Of a DNA stretch of 64,000 nucleotides, positions 47,563-61,419 are shown in pieces. Both the position numbers and the translations under genes were made by a program. Below the pieces are notes generated by a model, which was given only the letters and a program-made list of their open reading frames with translations, did no database searches and was not told where the DNA came from. Source of the DNA: a virus; IMG/VR virus record IMGVR_UViG_3300043172_001413, one strand, 5' to 3'. Position 1 is the first letter of the stretch. Each line of letters opens with the position of its first letter.

Positions 47563-48031
47563 TGCATTCGAGGACGTTAGTTACCGAGATATCAAAGTTG
47601 CACTTGTTACAGTATTTGGTGAGGGAGTTGATTATTTCATTCCTATTCATCATGAGTCTATGGGATCATATACGAGTACCAGTGTTTTGATAGAAGGTTA
47701 TGTATTTATAAAAGATTGTTTGGAGGCTCGTCAGGGTATAAATAATTTACATGAAAGTAGAGTTTTTTCAGGGGCTCTTTTTTATTCAGGAAAATATCAG
47801 ACTGTTAATTCAGAAATAATAAAGAACCTCAAAAGGAAATTAAGAAATTCATTAAAGAAAAAAATGACAAACGGAACAAAAGTGTTGATTCTCGGAGGTA
47901 TTTTTAAAAATTTAACCGGTGAAGTAATAGGGATCGAAGATAACGGCAAAAAAATTATGGTGAAAATAAAAAGAATATCTAGGGAAATCATAGCTCCTAT
48001 TCCTTCTACGCTTTTGAAAGAAGTGAAATAG
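47519..48031 (+). CDS. NusG-like KOW-domain transcription factor
   Basis: KOW-like GTKVLILGGIFKNLTGEVIGI; GTG start with AGGAGGG RBS. Confidence 0.45.
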   Translation: MLVKSDRWLILELDDAFEDVSYRDIKVALVTVFGEGVDYFIPIHHESMGSYTSTSVLIEGYVFIKDCLEARQGINNLHESRVFSGALFYSGKYQTVNSEIIKNLKRKLRNSLKKKMTNGTKVLILGGIFKNLTGEVIGIEDNGKKIMVKIKRISREIIAPIPSTLLKEVK

Positions 48032-48949
48032 ATGGACCATATCATTATAGATGGCTTTGGCCTGGTTTTCCGCTCTCATTTTGCTTTCAGTTCTCTTCAG
48101 ACCAGTACTGGGCTCCTTTCGGGTTGCATCTTCGGTTTCTTGGTCAGTGCTCGGACTATAAAGAAAAGATTTCCTCATTGCCATGTGACGATTGCCTGGG
48201 ACAATGATCCTGTGCGCCGGAAGAAAGTGTTTGCCGGCTATAAAGCGAATCGTTCTCGTCTGGGTATTTATGAACAGATAGATGATTTAAAAGAAATTTT
48301 TTCAAACCTGAATGTATCACAGTCAGAATATATAGGAGAAGAGGCTGATGATGTTATAGCTTCTCTGATAAAATGCTATGACGGTCAGATTTACATATAT
48401 AGTTCAGATAAAGATATGTTTCAATTAGTGAAAGATGGCCGTGTAATTGTGATCCGGCCGAAGAGGGGAAGGTATGAAGAAAGATATTTTGATGAAGAAG
48501 CTGTGAAAGAAGCGTTCAAAGTCAGTTCTGAAAATTTTGTCTGCTTCCAGTGCTTCCGAGGAGATAAAGTTGATAGTGTTCCAGGCGTGCCGCGCCTTCC
48601 TTCCGACCTCATAGCCAGACTATCTGAGAAATATAAAACCCCGCAGAATATTTACGACAATCTTGACGAAGAAAAATTAACCGAATTCCAGCGTACCTCC
48701 TTACTGGAATGTAGGGATCAAGTATTGTTAAATGACCAGTTGGTGAAGTTACGTAACGATTTAGATCTGGAGATTATGACAGGAAAACCTAATGCTGAAG
48801 CTTTGGTTCCCCTTTTTGATAAATATGATATCAATTCTTTAAAATCCAATTCCTATGTAGAGGTTTTTATAGATGAGCCGTCTTTTACCGCAAGGAAAGC
48901 TCCTGCACTCGTTGTGAGTTACCCTTCTTTATTTGAGGGAGAAAATTAG
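48032..48949 (+). CDS. 5'-3' exonuclease / flap endonuclease
   Basis: N-terminal IIIDGFGLVFRSHFAF and acidic metal-binding clusters. Confidence 0.65.
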   Translation: MDHIIIDGFGLVFRSHFAFSSLQTSTGLLSGCIFGFLVSARTIKKRFPHCHVTIAWDNDPVRRKKVFAGYKANRSRLGIYEQIDDLKEIFSNLNVSQSEYIGEEADDVIASLIKCYDGQIYIYSSDKDMFQLVKDGRVIVIRPKRGRYEERYFDEEAVKEAFKVSSENFVCFQCFRGDKVDSVPGVPRLPSDLIARLSEKYKTPQNIYDNLDEEKLTEFQRTSLLECRDQVLLNDQLVKLRNDLDLEIMTGKPNAEALVPLFDKYDINSLKSNSYVEVFIDEPSFTARKAPALVVSYPSLFEGEN

Positions 48950-49025
48950 ATATGAGAAAATATAAAAATATGAAATTAGATCTTTCTAATATAGAGTCTG
49001 AATTAATTCAACAAGGATTATTATA

Positions 49026-49664
49026 ATGAAATCTAGTTCTTTTTTAAAGAGAATGGATTACACTGAGATGGAAGCTCGTTTTTCAAATGAGCATGCTATT
49101 AAATATGAGGAGTTTAAGGACTTTTCCGTTTCTTATGATGAAATCCGGCCATTTCTGTACCGTCTGCCTCCACGAGAAATAGATCTGATTGAGTTATATT
49201 ATAATGATCGTAAAAACCAAAAGGATATCGCAAAAATATTCGGGGTGACTCAGGGAGCTATATCCAGCAGGCTTACCAGGGCGAAGAAGCGTCTCAGATT
49301 TTTGAGGAATCTCCCAAAGATAACTGATGATGAAATTGACGAGCAATTAGGGCAGTTTTTTGAGCCTCTTGAACTTGAGATAATAAAATACATGATGAAA
49401 ACAACATGCCAGAGCAGAACGGCTCAGCTGATAAATGAGAAGTTCAATTTTATCGATGGGAAGAAGAAGATGACGCAGGTCAAAGTCAGGCATCGTTTTG
49501 AAAAATGTCTCATAAAGATAGAGGAGGAGATGAAAATTAAAAAGGACCTGAAAAAATTTTACACATTGTTGAATATTATAAAAGATAACCTGTATCTGCT
49601 GCATGAAGTTAGACTGCCCCATTTTGACAGGGGAAAATTTGCCGTTTTCTCAATGACTGTTTAA
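49026..49664 (+). CDS. sigma-70 family sigma factor
   Basis: Region-4 HTH KDIAKIFGVTQGAISSRLTRAKKRL. Confidence 0.6.
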   Translation: MKSSSFLKRMDYTEMEARFSNEHAIKYEEFKDFSVSYDEIRPFLYRLPPREIDLIELYYNDRKNQKDIAKIFGVTQGAISSRLTRAKKRLRFLRNLPKITDDEIDEQLGQFFEPLELEIIKYMMKTTCQSRTAQLINEKFNFIDGKKKMTQVKVRHRFEKCLIKIEEEMKIKKDLKKFYTLLNIIKDNLYLLHEVRLPHFDRGKFAVFSMTV

Positions 49665-49831
49665 TAGAAAAAATAATTTTTTTATTGACATTGAAAGTTT
49701 TTTATAGTATGTTTATTTTAATCAGCTGATAAAACCGAGCATGCAGGTTAAAGTGCATGCATGGGAGGGCCGCCATTCGAGATGCCCAAAACAGGTGACT
49801 GTGACAGGTTGCCAAACGAAAGGAAGCAATC

Positions 49832-50800
49832 ATGGCTTCAAATCCATCTTTTACAGACCGCGTTACAAAAGCAGCAGAACTCCTCTCTGTTAAACCGAAA
49901 GACCTCACGGAAGACTTGAAGAAGAACGGAATCGAAAATGATTCTACCGGTGTCTCTTTATTGGATGCTGACACGACCACAAATGGAGACCTTGTTGGTA
50001 TTCTTGAAAATGGCAGTGGTCACGGGATTCCTAATCTCAGGTTGAAAGCTGCTGCATCTATTCTAAAAGGCGGAAATCTAACAAAGAGTACTACGTCGCC
50101 TGCGAATAAGATGCCGGTAGTTACTCCTGAATCTCAGTATCAGACGCTCGCAGAAATTATGAAAAGCAATCGTCCTATTGAGCAGTGGAGTGATCGGGAA
50201 CTTCTTGAGAGATTTTCAAAAGAGAGAGAGTATGAAGTAGAGCAGGAGCTTCATAAGCGGGCAAAACAACAGAATTTTATTGTTCTGGTGCCTGCTGAAA
50301 AGAGATACGAGCCTGGTAAAGAAGTGATTGACATTGAGACAAGTCTTGAACTTCTGAAAGCTGCTCGGAAAAGAACTAATCCTACTATGCTTCCTGTTGA
50401 AGGGAAAGTTCTGCCAGTTTATAAGATAACTGAGCTGAATCCTGAAGACCGTATAGTCGAACTGTGCCCTCTTTGTGGTGAGTCATTATACAAAGGTTAT
50501 TGTGAGAAATGTCAGCAAAATTTCTCGGCTATTGGTGATGATGCCAGGGCGTACGTCAATCTTATCGCCGCTACTGATACTTTCAGTGTCGATAGTTTTT
50601 CTGACAGGAAGGCTGTTGTTGTCTGTGCTCAGAAAGGTTTGGAAGATCTGAAAGGGGCATGGCCCAGTCTCGTGCAGAAATTTGATGAGCTCAAACTTAC
50701 GAACAGCTTACCGAGACTGCGCGTTGTTTTGAATCGTCCCTCTGTGGCTGATCCTTATTTCCAGGATGGTAACAGAGTATTTGGACATAATAAATTTTAA
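49832..50800 (+). CDS. hypothetical protein with C-terminal zinc ribbon
   Basis: CPLCGESLYKGYCEKC. Confidence 0.5.
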   Translation: MASNPSFTDRVTKAAELLSVKPKDLTEDLKKNGIENDSTGVSLLDADTTTNGDLVGILENGSGHGIPNLRLKAAASILKGGNLTKSTTSPANKMPVVTPESQYQTLAEIMKSNRPIEQWSDRELLERFSKEREYEVEQELHKRAKQQNFIVLVPAEKRYEPGKEVIDIETSLELLKAARKRTNPTMLPVEGKVLPVYKITELNPEDRIVELCPLCGESLYKGYCEKCQQNFSAIGDDARAYVNLIAATDTFSVDSFSDRKAVVVCAQKGLEDLKGAWPSLVQKFDELKLTNSLPRLRVVLNRPSVADPYFQDGNRVFGHNKF

Positions 50801-50864
50801 TATCCAAATAAGACGGGGAGAGGAGAATTTCCTCTCCCTTCAATTTTAAGGAGATGATTTTAAA

Positions 50865-52088
50865 ATGAAAACGACAATGGAATATAAAGGATTTAAGGCT
50901 GAGATCATGGAGGCTCCGCGTCTCGTTGGGGATCATGTGTTCGACCTCCCTGAAGGTAGAGCGCTCCAAGTTTATTATGCCGATGAGTTTCTTCATCCAC
51001 CGGGGAACTGGATGAAGGGTCAAGGTGTGTTTGTCGTTCCTATAAGACCCAATAAAGGTCTCTGGTTTAACTGGCGCGGGAATGACGAATTGAATACTGC
51101 AGTGCTTCCAACCATTAAAGGAGCGAATCCGATAACTGGTTTAAGGACCTCCGGTTTTCATATGGAGAAATATGAAGATAAATGCCCGAAACACGGGTGT
51201 GATTTCATGGCTGATAGATTCTGTCCAGAATGTGATTTCAAATGGCCAGAAAGAAACTATTGTTCCATGAACCCTTTATGGTGGGACGGTTTCCGTGCTG
51301 ATGATGGTACAGTCCGACAGTTCTTTTTTAGTGAGGATGAATTAAGAGATGTAGCATCTCATTTGATAGGCAAAGAAAATGTAGTGCATGCATACGGTTT
51401 CACTTTTTTTACTCCGAAAGAAAGGCGTGAGCATCCAACTGGCAGCTACTCTCGGGGTATGTCTGGCTCAATCTTTCACCTGACTTCGAGCATATCACCG
51501 GGTAAAATGGGGTCTATGATAAATGACAGCTTTGTCACCTCTAATAGTGATGATGTTCATATTTACAATACATCATTTGTTAAAAAGGGTATCAAGGCTG
51601 AGAATAAAATGAGTGATACTTTAGGGAAAGAGGTGTCTTTCTGCAGTGCTGGCGGTCCAATAGGTGCGCCAGAACCTGTAAGTGCTGCACCAGTCGGAGG
51701 AGATGCTTTTGTTGAAGATTCTGGTGAAGAATGTAGTGGTGGCGGTATTATTTCTTCTGGGATCCCCCTCCCTCCTATGAAGAAGACCCGTTTTATAGGT
51801 GAGACGAAGAAAAAGAGTTTCAGTTCAAAGGGAGAATTGAGAGGGATGCAGGTTAATTCAACCCCGCGTTCTAAACCGGTAAAAGAAGTTTCAATTGGTG
51901 CTGGTGCAAAAATCCGCCAGGCTCTGAACGCTGATTCATATCCGCTTGATTCCTGGAAAGAGATTCCTGATGCGTCTATGACTATTTATTTTATATTTCA
52001 CGAGAAATTTGAAGAGCTGAAAGCGAAGGGAATGCGTGATATAAGTGGTGCGAAAGAGGGAATGCTCGCAAACATTCCGGTTGGATGA
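50865..52088 (+). CDS. hypothetical protein (possible virion protein)
   Basis: 407-aa ORF followed by terminator. Confidence 0.5.
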   Translation: MKTTMEYKGFKAEIMEAPRLVGDHVFDLPEGRALQVYYADEFLHPPGNWMKGQGVFVVPIRPNKGLWFNWRGNDELNTAVLPTIKGANPITGLRTSGFHMEKYEDKCPKHGCDFMADRFCPECDFKWPERNYCSMNPLWWDGFRADDGTVRQFFFSEDELRDVASHLIGKENVVHAYGFTFFTPKERREHPTGSYSRGMSGSIFHLTSSISPGKMGSMINDSFVTSNSDDVHIYNTSFVKKGIKAENKMSDTLGKEVSFCSAGGPIGAPEPVSAAPVGGDAFVEDSGEECSGGGIISSGIPLPPMKKTRFIGETKKKSFSSKGELRGMQVNSTPRSKPVKEVSIGAGAKIRQALNADSYPLDSWKEIPDASMTIYFIFHEKFEELKAKGMRDISGAKEGMLANIPVG

Positions 52089-52116
52089 CCTATTAATTCT
52101 ATTAAAATTTACTTCA

Positions 52117-52148
52117 AAGCCCCGCTATTTAGTGGGGCTTTTTAATTT
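52117..52148 (+). terminator. rho-independent terminator
   Basis: AAAGCCCCGC-TATTTA-GTGGGGCTTT + TTTAATTT. Confidence 0.55.
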
Positions 52149-52240
52149 AACCTCAGATTCCTCAAATATCTAATCTTTTGATAATCTCTTAATATGTGAT
52201 ACTCCATTAAATCTGGTCTGTTCTTAATAAATGGGGAAAA

Positions 52241-52813
52241 GTGTCAAAAAGGACATCTGATCATGTTTTTCATCCACCGTCTGGCAGCTCTTTACCCGGG
52301 TCACCAGATCCGAATCCCTATGTTTTTTATCCACCAGATGATATTCGAGGGCTCATTAAAACTGAAAAGGATGAAAAAGAATTGATTAAAATGAAAAGTG
52401 CGCTCAGACAATGGGAAAGAATTTATGTCTTTCCAGGATACCCCTACCGGAAAGTAGCGGCTGAACTTCGTGCTATCGCTGCCACACTATTACGATATGC
52501 TGAGAGAACACCCGTGCCCCGGCAACAAACTTATTATAACGATTCTCAGGTGCCGGAAGGACGCGGGGAGATCATGGATGCCCTAAAAGGTCTTTATGAT
52601 AACCAGAATAATATACGCTTTGATTATAATCGACAGGGTGAGAGACCTGAAGTGGATACTGAAATGAGTAAAGGAGATTTCAGTTCTCCAAGAGACCCGC
52701 CTATTGGTGATTCAGTTAAGGAGAGGGGTAGTGGTCCGGATCCTGAAGATATGGATGCAGTAGAGCCTCCTACCGGAGGTAATATCGATGGATTTCCATC
52801 TAATATTGGATAA
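52241..52813 (+). CDS. hypothetical Pro-rich protein
   Basis: 190-aa ORF. Confidence 0.45.
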   Translation: MSKRTSDHVFHPPSGSSLPGSPDPNPYVFYPPDDIRGLIKTEKDEKELIKMKSALRQWERIYVFPGYPYRKVAAELRAIAATLLRYAERTPVPRQQTYYNDSQVPEGRGEIMDALKGLYDNQNNIRFDYNRQGERPEVDTEMSKGDFSSPRDPPIGDSVKERGSGPDPEDMDAVEPPTGGNIDGFPSNIG

Positions 52814-52827
52814 GGGAGGTTTTTCAT

Positions 52828-53118
52828 ATGGATTATGATAACATTTATCAAACACTTCTGAAAGATGCAGGATCTTTGAAAGATGCTGAAGTGGCTGATG
52901 TGTGCGGTATGGACAGTTTTCTGACACCAGTTGAACCGTTGCCGGACAAAATAAAAGTAGCATCGATTGGTGATCTTTCAGATTTTCTTCGGATCGGAAA
53001 TGATACGCTTGTCCATAAGGCTGAAAAAGATTTATGGCGTATAAATGAGGATAAAACAGGCCAGGTAGTCATTGAACGCCTTTTTAATCCGGACACTAAA
53101 GAGCCTATTAGGGTATAA
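52828..53118 (+). CDS. hypothetical protein
   Basis: 96-aa ORF, GGGAGG RBS. Confidence 0.45.
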   Translation: MDYDNIYQTLLKDAGSLKDAEVADVCGMDSFLTPVEPLPDKIKVASIGDLSDFLRIGNDTLVHKAEKDLWRINEDKTGQVVIERLFNPDTKEPIRV

Positions 53119-53129
53119 GGCGGTATGCT

Positions 53130-53756
53130 ATGAGAAAAAGATTTACTGAATATCCGGAGCGGTATAAAACAGCCGCAGGTGTAAGACGGGAGATTCCTGA
53201 TGACTTTAAATATAATCCCAAGAAATTAAAACATCTGAAGAAAATTCTCCACAATGTTACGATTTCTCTTGGGACACTGACTTCTTCTATTAATGAATTT
53301 GCAAAATTAAAAGGCCCAGAAATAAGTCCTGATGGTCTCTTAGGTGGGGCAGGCTACATTATGCCTCTTAAGGAAATAAAAGAGACATTTAATACCACTA
53401 TACGTGGTTTAAGTGACATTGCTGATAGCCTTGCTGATGAGCTGACCAATCCTCGCTGGAATGTGGAAGATGATAAGGAAGTGAAGAAGCTTATAAAGGA
53501 AAAAGAAGAAGCTCTCAAAGAAGTCGAGGAAGTTGAAGATGATATTAATCCGGACGAGCTGGTGACTGTTGAAAATATAAAGGAAGATATTGAAGAAAAG
53601 GAAGCAGAACCGGAAAAAGAATTACCTCCTGATCCTGATCCCGATAATAAGGAACAGATTGAAAATAAAGAGTTGAGGACTGCAAGTATTATCGGTGAGG
53701 ATAAACTTGCATCAGCCGTTCAAGAATCCCTTGTAAATTTTTTTCAAAATAAATAA
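53130..53756 (+). CDS. hypothetical acidic protein
   Basis: 208-aa ORF. Confidence 0.45.
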   Translation: MRKRFTEYPERYKTAAGVRREIPDDFKYNPKKLKHLKKILHNVTISLGTLTSSINEFAKLKGPEISPDGLLGGAGYIMPLKEIKETFNTTIRGLSDIADSLADELTNPRWNVEDDKEVKKLIKEKEEALKEVEEVEDDINPDELVTVENIKEDIEEKEAEPEKELPPDPDPDNKEQIENKELRTASIIGEDKLASAVQESLVNFFQNK

Positions 53757-53768
53757 AAGGAGAAGAAT

Positions 53769-55328
53769 ATGTTAGGTGACCTCCCTCAAGACATTTTAGG
53801 CGCAGATCCTAAGTATCCTCCGATAAATAATCTTGATTATCTTTCGGTAGATACGAAAAATTATGATAATTATCCGTCTGATAATAATTCGGTCCGTATA
53901 CAGCCAAAATTGGCTGATCTCTGGAAAACGAAAGGAGAGAATACCGGTATCCATCTCATACCTAATCAGGGGACATCCTCTGCCCCGTGTCCCATGGGAA
54001 TGAGAAGCGGTGGAGACAATCAGGTAGTCGTGGATGAAATTGTCCGTGAGGCCAAGAAAGCTATGATGGCCGGATTGAAGGGGACTGAATTAGCGGGGCA
54101 TCTCCGGGCCAGATACATGCCAGAGGCGATAGTTTGTGCGAAAGATGCAATGCAGAAACTCTCTGAAGAACAGGGCCTCCTTGGTAATGTATATATCGAT
54201 GCCTCTGCTTTTTCCAATGCAAAAGAAGCGGAAAGTTTTCTGGCCACACACCGTAACCGTCTCGCTCAGGATATTGTGATGAATGAGAGTAAAGTCAGCC
54301 CTGATGTTATCGGTTATCTGGCAAATAAGTTCCACAAAAATGTGGTTGCTGAAATTTTTTACGATGAAAATCTTTGTAAGAAGTATAAGGCACATCTTAT
54401 TTCTGCCGGCAAAATTACCCGTGACTTTGTGATCGATTCAAAAGAAACTCTACGTAAAGCTTTCCTGGCGAAACCTGTTCCGCAGGAGAAGATTGTTACT
54501 GCCAGTTCTAAAAAAAAGATTTCAAAAGAAGTGGCTATGAAAGAAATGGTGCACCGGGCAGAGAACAATCAAGTGGCTAAACAAGCAGCTGAAGATGATT
54601 TCACTTTCCGGAGAGTTTACCCTATTCTTGAATTTGCCCGTGAGAATCTTTCCAAAGGCAAAACTGGAAATAATTTGAAGGAAATGCTCAAAGGTAAATA
54701 TGCATCGATAGATTTGAACGATGCAGCCAGATATTTAGCTGTTGTACTTTCCAGCCGTGTCTCTTCTGATGATATCGATAAATTGGTACAGAAGGGCAAA
54801 GTTTCCAAGATGATTGGAAATGATTTGAAAAAATTGGCTAAAGAATATCCGTTGAAAGTTGATAAATATCAACAGGAAATGAAGTCAGAACGACAAGTAG
54901 GTGTCCAGGGATATTTTCATGTTTTGTCTGGGAAAAAATCATCAAAGTTATCAGAGCATGTAGAAGAAGCTGTTAATTCTCTGCGGAAAGGGTGTGCCCT
55001 GGAGCAGGTTAAGGATCAGCTCCTGGAGAAAAAATTATCTAATGACGATGCGGACAGCGTGCTTTTGAGGGCTGTGCAGGATTTTAATGAAGTCTCAGCC
55101 GGCGTGCAAGCAAATACTTTTAAACCTGAGCCAAAAAAGAAAGTTGTTGCTGATCTTCCGGAAAAGAAAACTTTGCCGGATGTAGAAACAATTATTCCAG
55201 AGACGCAGGAGTATATCGATTTCTTTGCGGATGCTAGTTTTGATATTGAAATCAACGATGCTCCCAATACAACTCCTCTGGAAATAGAAGGTCTGGATCA
55301 TAAAACTGGCCTTGATGCGGGTTTATAA
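53769..55328 (+). CDS. hypothetical protein (519 aa)
   Basis: AAGGAG RBS. Confidence 0.5.
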   Translation: MLGDLPQDILGADPKYPPINNLDYLSVDTKNYDNYPSDNNSVRIQPKLADLWKTKGENTGIHLIPNQGTSSAPCPMGMRSGGDNQVVVDEIVREAKKAMMAGLKGTELAGHLRARYMPEAIVCAKDAMQKLSEEQGLLGNVYIDASAFSNAKEAESFLATHRNRLAQDIVMNESKVSPDVIGYLANKFHKNVVAEIFYDENLCKKYKAHLISAGKITRDFVIDSKETLRKAFLAKPVPQEKIVTASSKKKISKEVAMKEMVHRAENNQVAKQAAEDDFTFRRVYPILEFARENLSKGKTGNNLKEMLKGKYASIDLNDAARYLAVVLSSRVSSDDIDKLVQKGKVSKMIGNDLKKLAKEYPLKVDKYQQEMKSERQVGVQGYFHVLSGKKSSKLSEHVEEAVNSLRKGCALEQVKDQLLEKKLSNDDADSVLLRAVQDFNEVSAGVQANTFKPEPKKKVVADLPEKKTLPDVETIIPETQEYIDFFADASFDIEINDAPNTTPLEIEGLDHKTGLDAGL

Positions 55329-55338
55329 GGGGTAATTC

Positions 55339-55884
55339 ATGCCGGAAACGGAGAAAAGTCATGAGAATATGGATCTTGAGACAGCCATACAAGGTCCTCA
55401 AGATTCAGATCCTATCCCGGCGAGTCTCGTTGAGGTCACGGTAACCCAACCCGAAGAACTGGCTGATGATGAGATCTGTCTTTCTATTAAAGAGGATGAA
55501 GTACCCGATGCTGTATTGAAAGCAGTTATTCTGGGGCTTGCAGAGGAACAATTATCTTTAAAAGTATTGCGTCAAAAGAAGCAAGGTGAAGGTAAAGACA
55601 GCTCATTTGTTTCTTTAAAACGTGGAACATTGTTGAAATATATGTCTGAGACATTACTTCAACGGCAAGCTCTGACAGGTTACACGGGAGAGATGGATCT
55701 GAGAAGCCCAAGATTCCGAGAAGTGTTTAAAATGCTTCTAAATATCGTGGCAGATACTTTTGATGAAATAAAAGCTCCTGTCGAGTATAAAGAGATGTTT
55801 TTTCATGCATTATCAAAAAACCTGGAAGGCTGGGAAGAACGTGCAGAAAAATTAATTAAAGCTATGACACCGAAAGTGAGATAA
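55339..55884 (+). CDS. possible terminase small subunit
   Basis: Directly upstream of and ATGA-coupled to terminase large subunit; no motif. Confidence 0.3.
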   Translation: MPETEKSHENMDLETAIQGPQDSDPIPASLVEVTVTQPEELADDEICLSIKEDEVPDAVLKAVILGLAEEQLSLKVLRQKKQGEGKDSSFVSLKRGTLLKYMSETLLQRQALTGYTGEMDLRSPRFREVFKMLLNIVADTFDEIKAPVEYKEMFFHALSKNLEGWEERAEKLIKAMTPKVR

Positions 55885-57797
55885 TGAGTCTATCAGAGCT
55901 TTGCACGAGTTATATAGGTTCCACAAAATTAAAAGATGAAACCGAACGGAATATCATTGAATTTGCCGAAGCACCATGGGGTCTGGGACTCGGTAGTGTT
56001 CCTGGTATGCCTCCTCTTTTTCCTGTCCAGAAATTCCTTTTTAAAGCCTATTATAATATTCCCCTATCCAGTGATGAGCGCAAGATTATCATCATGGATA
56101 AATTTAATGAGAAAGAGCGCTATCGTTTTAATGAGATTGAATATCTTAATTTTTTGTTCAATGAAGGCCGTATAAATGTAAAAGAAATTACTGGAGATCC
56201 CGAGGATACCCGAACAAATTTGGTGTTGGTGATCGGACGTAGAGGGTTAAAAACCAGTAGTATCGCACTTTTAGTTTCATTCGAGACTTATAAATTACTC
56301 AAAAAAGTCAGTCCCCAAGAATATTATCGTATAATGCCCGATGATGAAATCCGGGTTTCATGTATTGCCACAAATCAGGAACAAGCTAGTGAGCTTTTCC
56401 GGAGAATCAGTGGTCATCTGGAACGTTCTGAGTATTTCAAAAAGTACCGTGAAAAACCCACACTTACTTATATGAAGCTCAGCACACAACGGGATATTGA
56501 ATCTTATGGGTTCGGTAACCGGTCATCCATTCGTATCGTTGCTTCTCCTTGTACCGGTCGTGGTCTTCGTAGCCATAATAATATTATTGCTGTATTGGAT
56601 GAGATGGCTCACTTTTTTGAGGCTGAGACTGCTACAGATAAATCTGATAGAGCTGTTTATGAAGCTGTCACTCCTTCAATTGCAAAATTTAATTCACCTG
56701 AAGGAGAACTTCATGGAAGAGTTATCTGCATATCATCCCCCAATGACCGCAGTGGTAAATTCTTTGAATTATATCAACGTTCAATGGAGAGTGACTGTGA
56801 TGATTTATTGATGATCCAAGCTCCTACCTGGGAAGTAGATTATACCCTTTCTCCTAAGTACTTACGTTCCAAGTACATAGAAAACTCTGTCTCTTATATG
56901 AGTGAATTTGGGGCTGAGTTCAGTGACCGGGTCACTGCCTGGATTGATAATGAGCAGATGCTGAGAATTAATATTATTCCAGGGCTTAGAATGAAAAAGA
57001 TGAGCTATGAGCGTGTTCCTCATTTCATGGGCATAGACGTTGGTTTAAAGAATGACGGAACTGCTATTGCTATCTGTCATATAGTGAAAGAGGAGACAAA
57101 CGGATTACAAAGGGATTTAATAGAGCTTGATACCATTGATGTCCGTTATGCAAAAGATGAGGATAAAGAGTATTTCCATCCGGAAGAAATAGCTGAATGG
57201 ATTGCTTCTTATCAGGATAAATTTTACATCGTTAAAGGAATAATGGACCAATATTACGGCATGGCTATTGTTCCTATGTTGCAGGAAAAAGGATTTAAAC
57301 AGGTACAAGCCGTTCATGTTAGTCGGGATTTTAGTTCAAGAGTTTATCAGAATTTAATGTCAAGGATGCTCGATGCCTCTTTGAGAATACCTGAAGGTGA
57401 AGAACATCTTGTTGATGGTAAGAAAACAAATGAGCTATCTCTCATCACAGAAATGTTAAGATTACGTGCTATCTCTCATTCAAAATATCTAATTACAGTA
57501 AAAGCCCCCGATGTAAAGGATATGCATGATGATGAATCAGATGCTTTTAGTCGTGCAGTTTTTTTGGCAAGTGAATATATGTCTTCAGGGGGAGGAATAG
57601 TGAAAAATAATCGTATAGAAAATGCAGGAGTTGGCGGTACTTCTTATAAGCAGCATTATATGAAACAAAAAAGAAGCGCATTCCATACTAAACGTCCGTC
57701 ATCTACTCTCCAAATGGAAATATCTCGAAATAGAACTTTTAATTCATTGGGTATGGGCTCAACTACAAATGCTTTGTTCAGAGGGTCGAGGAGGTAA
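55884..57797 (+). CDS. terminase large subunit
   Basis: Walker A-like GRRGLKTS, Walker B VLDEMAHF, C-terminal nuclease MGIDVGLKNDGTAIAICH. Confidence 0.7.
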   Translation: MSLSELCTSYIGSTKLKDETERNIIEFAEAPWGLGLGSVPGMPPLFPVQKFLFKAYYNIPLSSDERKIIIMDKFNEKERYRFNEIEYLNFLFNEGRINVKEITGDPEDTRTNLVLVIGRRGLKTSSIALLVSFETYKLLKKVSPQEYYRIMPDDEIRVSCIATNQEQASELFRRISGHLERSEYFKKYREKPTLTYMKLSTQRDIESYGFGNRSSIRIVASPCTGRGLRSHNNIIAVLDEMAHFFEAETATDKSDRAVYEAVTPSIAKFNSPEGELHGRVICISSPNDRSGKFFELYQRSMESDCDDLLMIQAPTWEVDYTLSPKYLRSKYIENSVSYMSEFGAEFSDRVTAWIDNEQMLRINIIPGLRMKKMSYERVPHFMGIDVGLKNDGTAIAICHIVKEETNGLQRDLIELDTIDVRYAKDEDKEYFHPEEIAEWIASYQDKFYIVKGIMDQYYGMAIVPMLQEKGFKQVQAVHVSRDFSSRVYQNLMSRMLDASLRIPEGEEHLVDGKKTNELSLITEMLRLRAISHSKYLITVKAPDVKDMHDDESDAFSRAVFLASEYMSSGGGIVKNNRIENAGVGGTSYKQHYMKQKRSAFHTKRPSSTLQMEISRNRTFNSLGMGSTTNALFRGSRR

Positions 57798-61403
<3,606 letters not shown>

Positions 61404-61419
61404 GCACCGTAGACCTCGG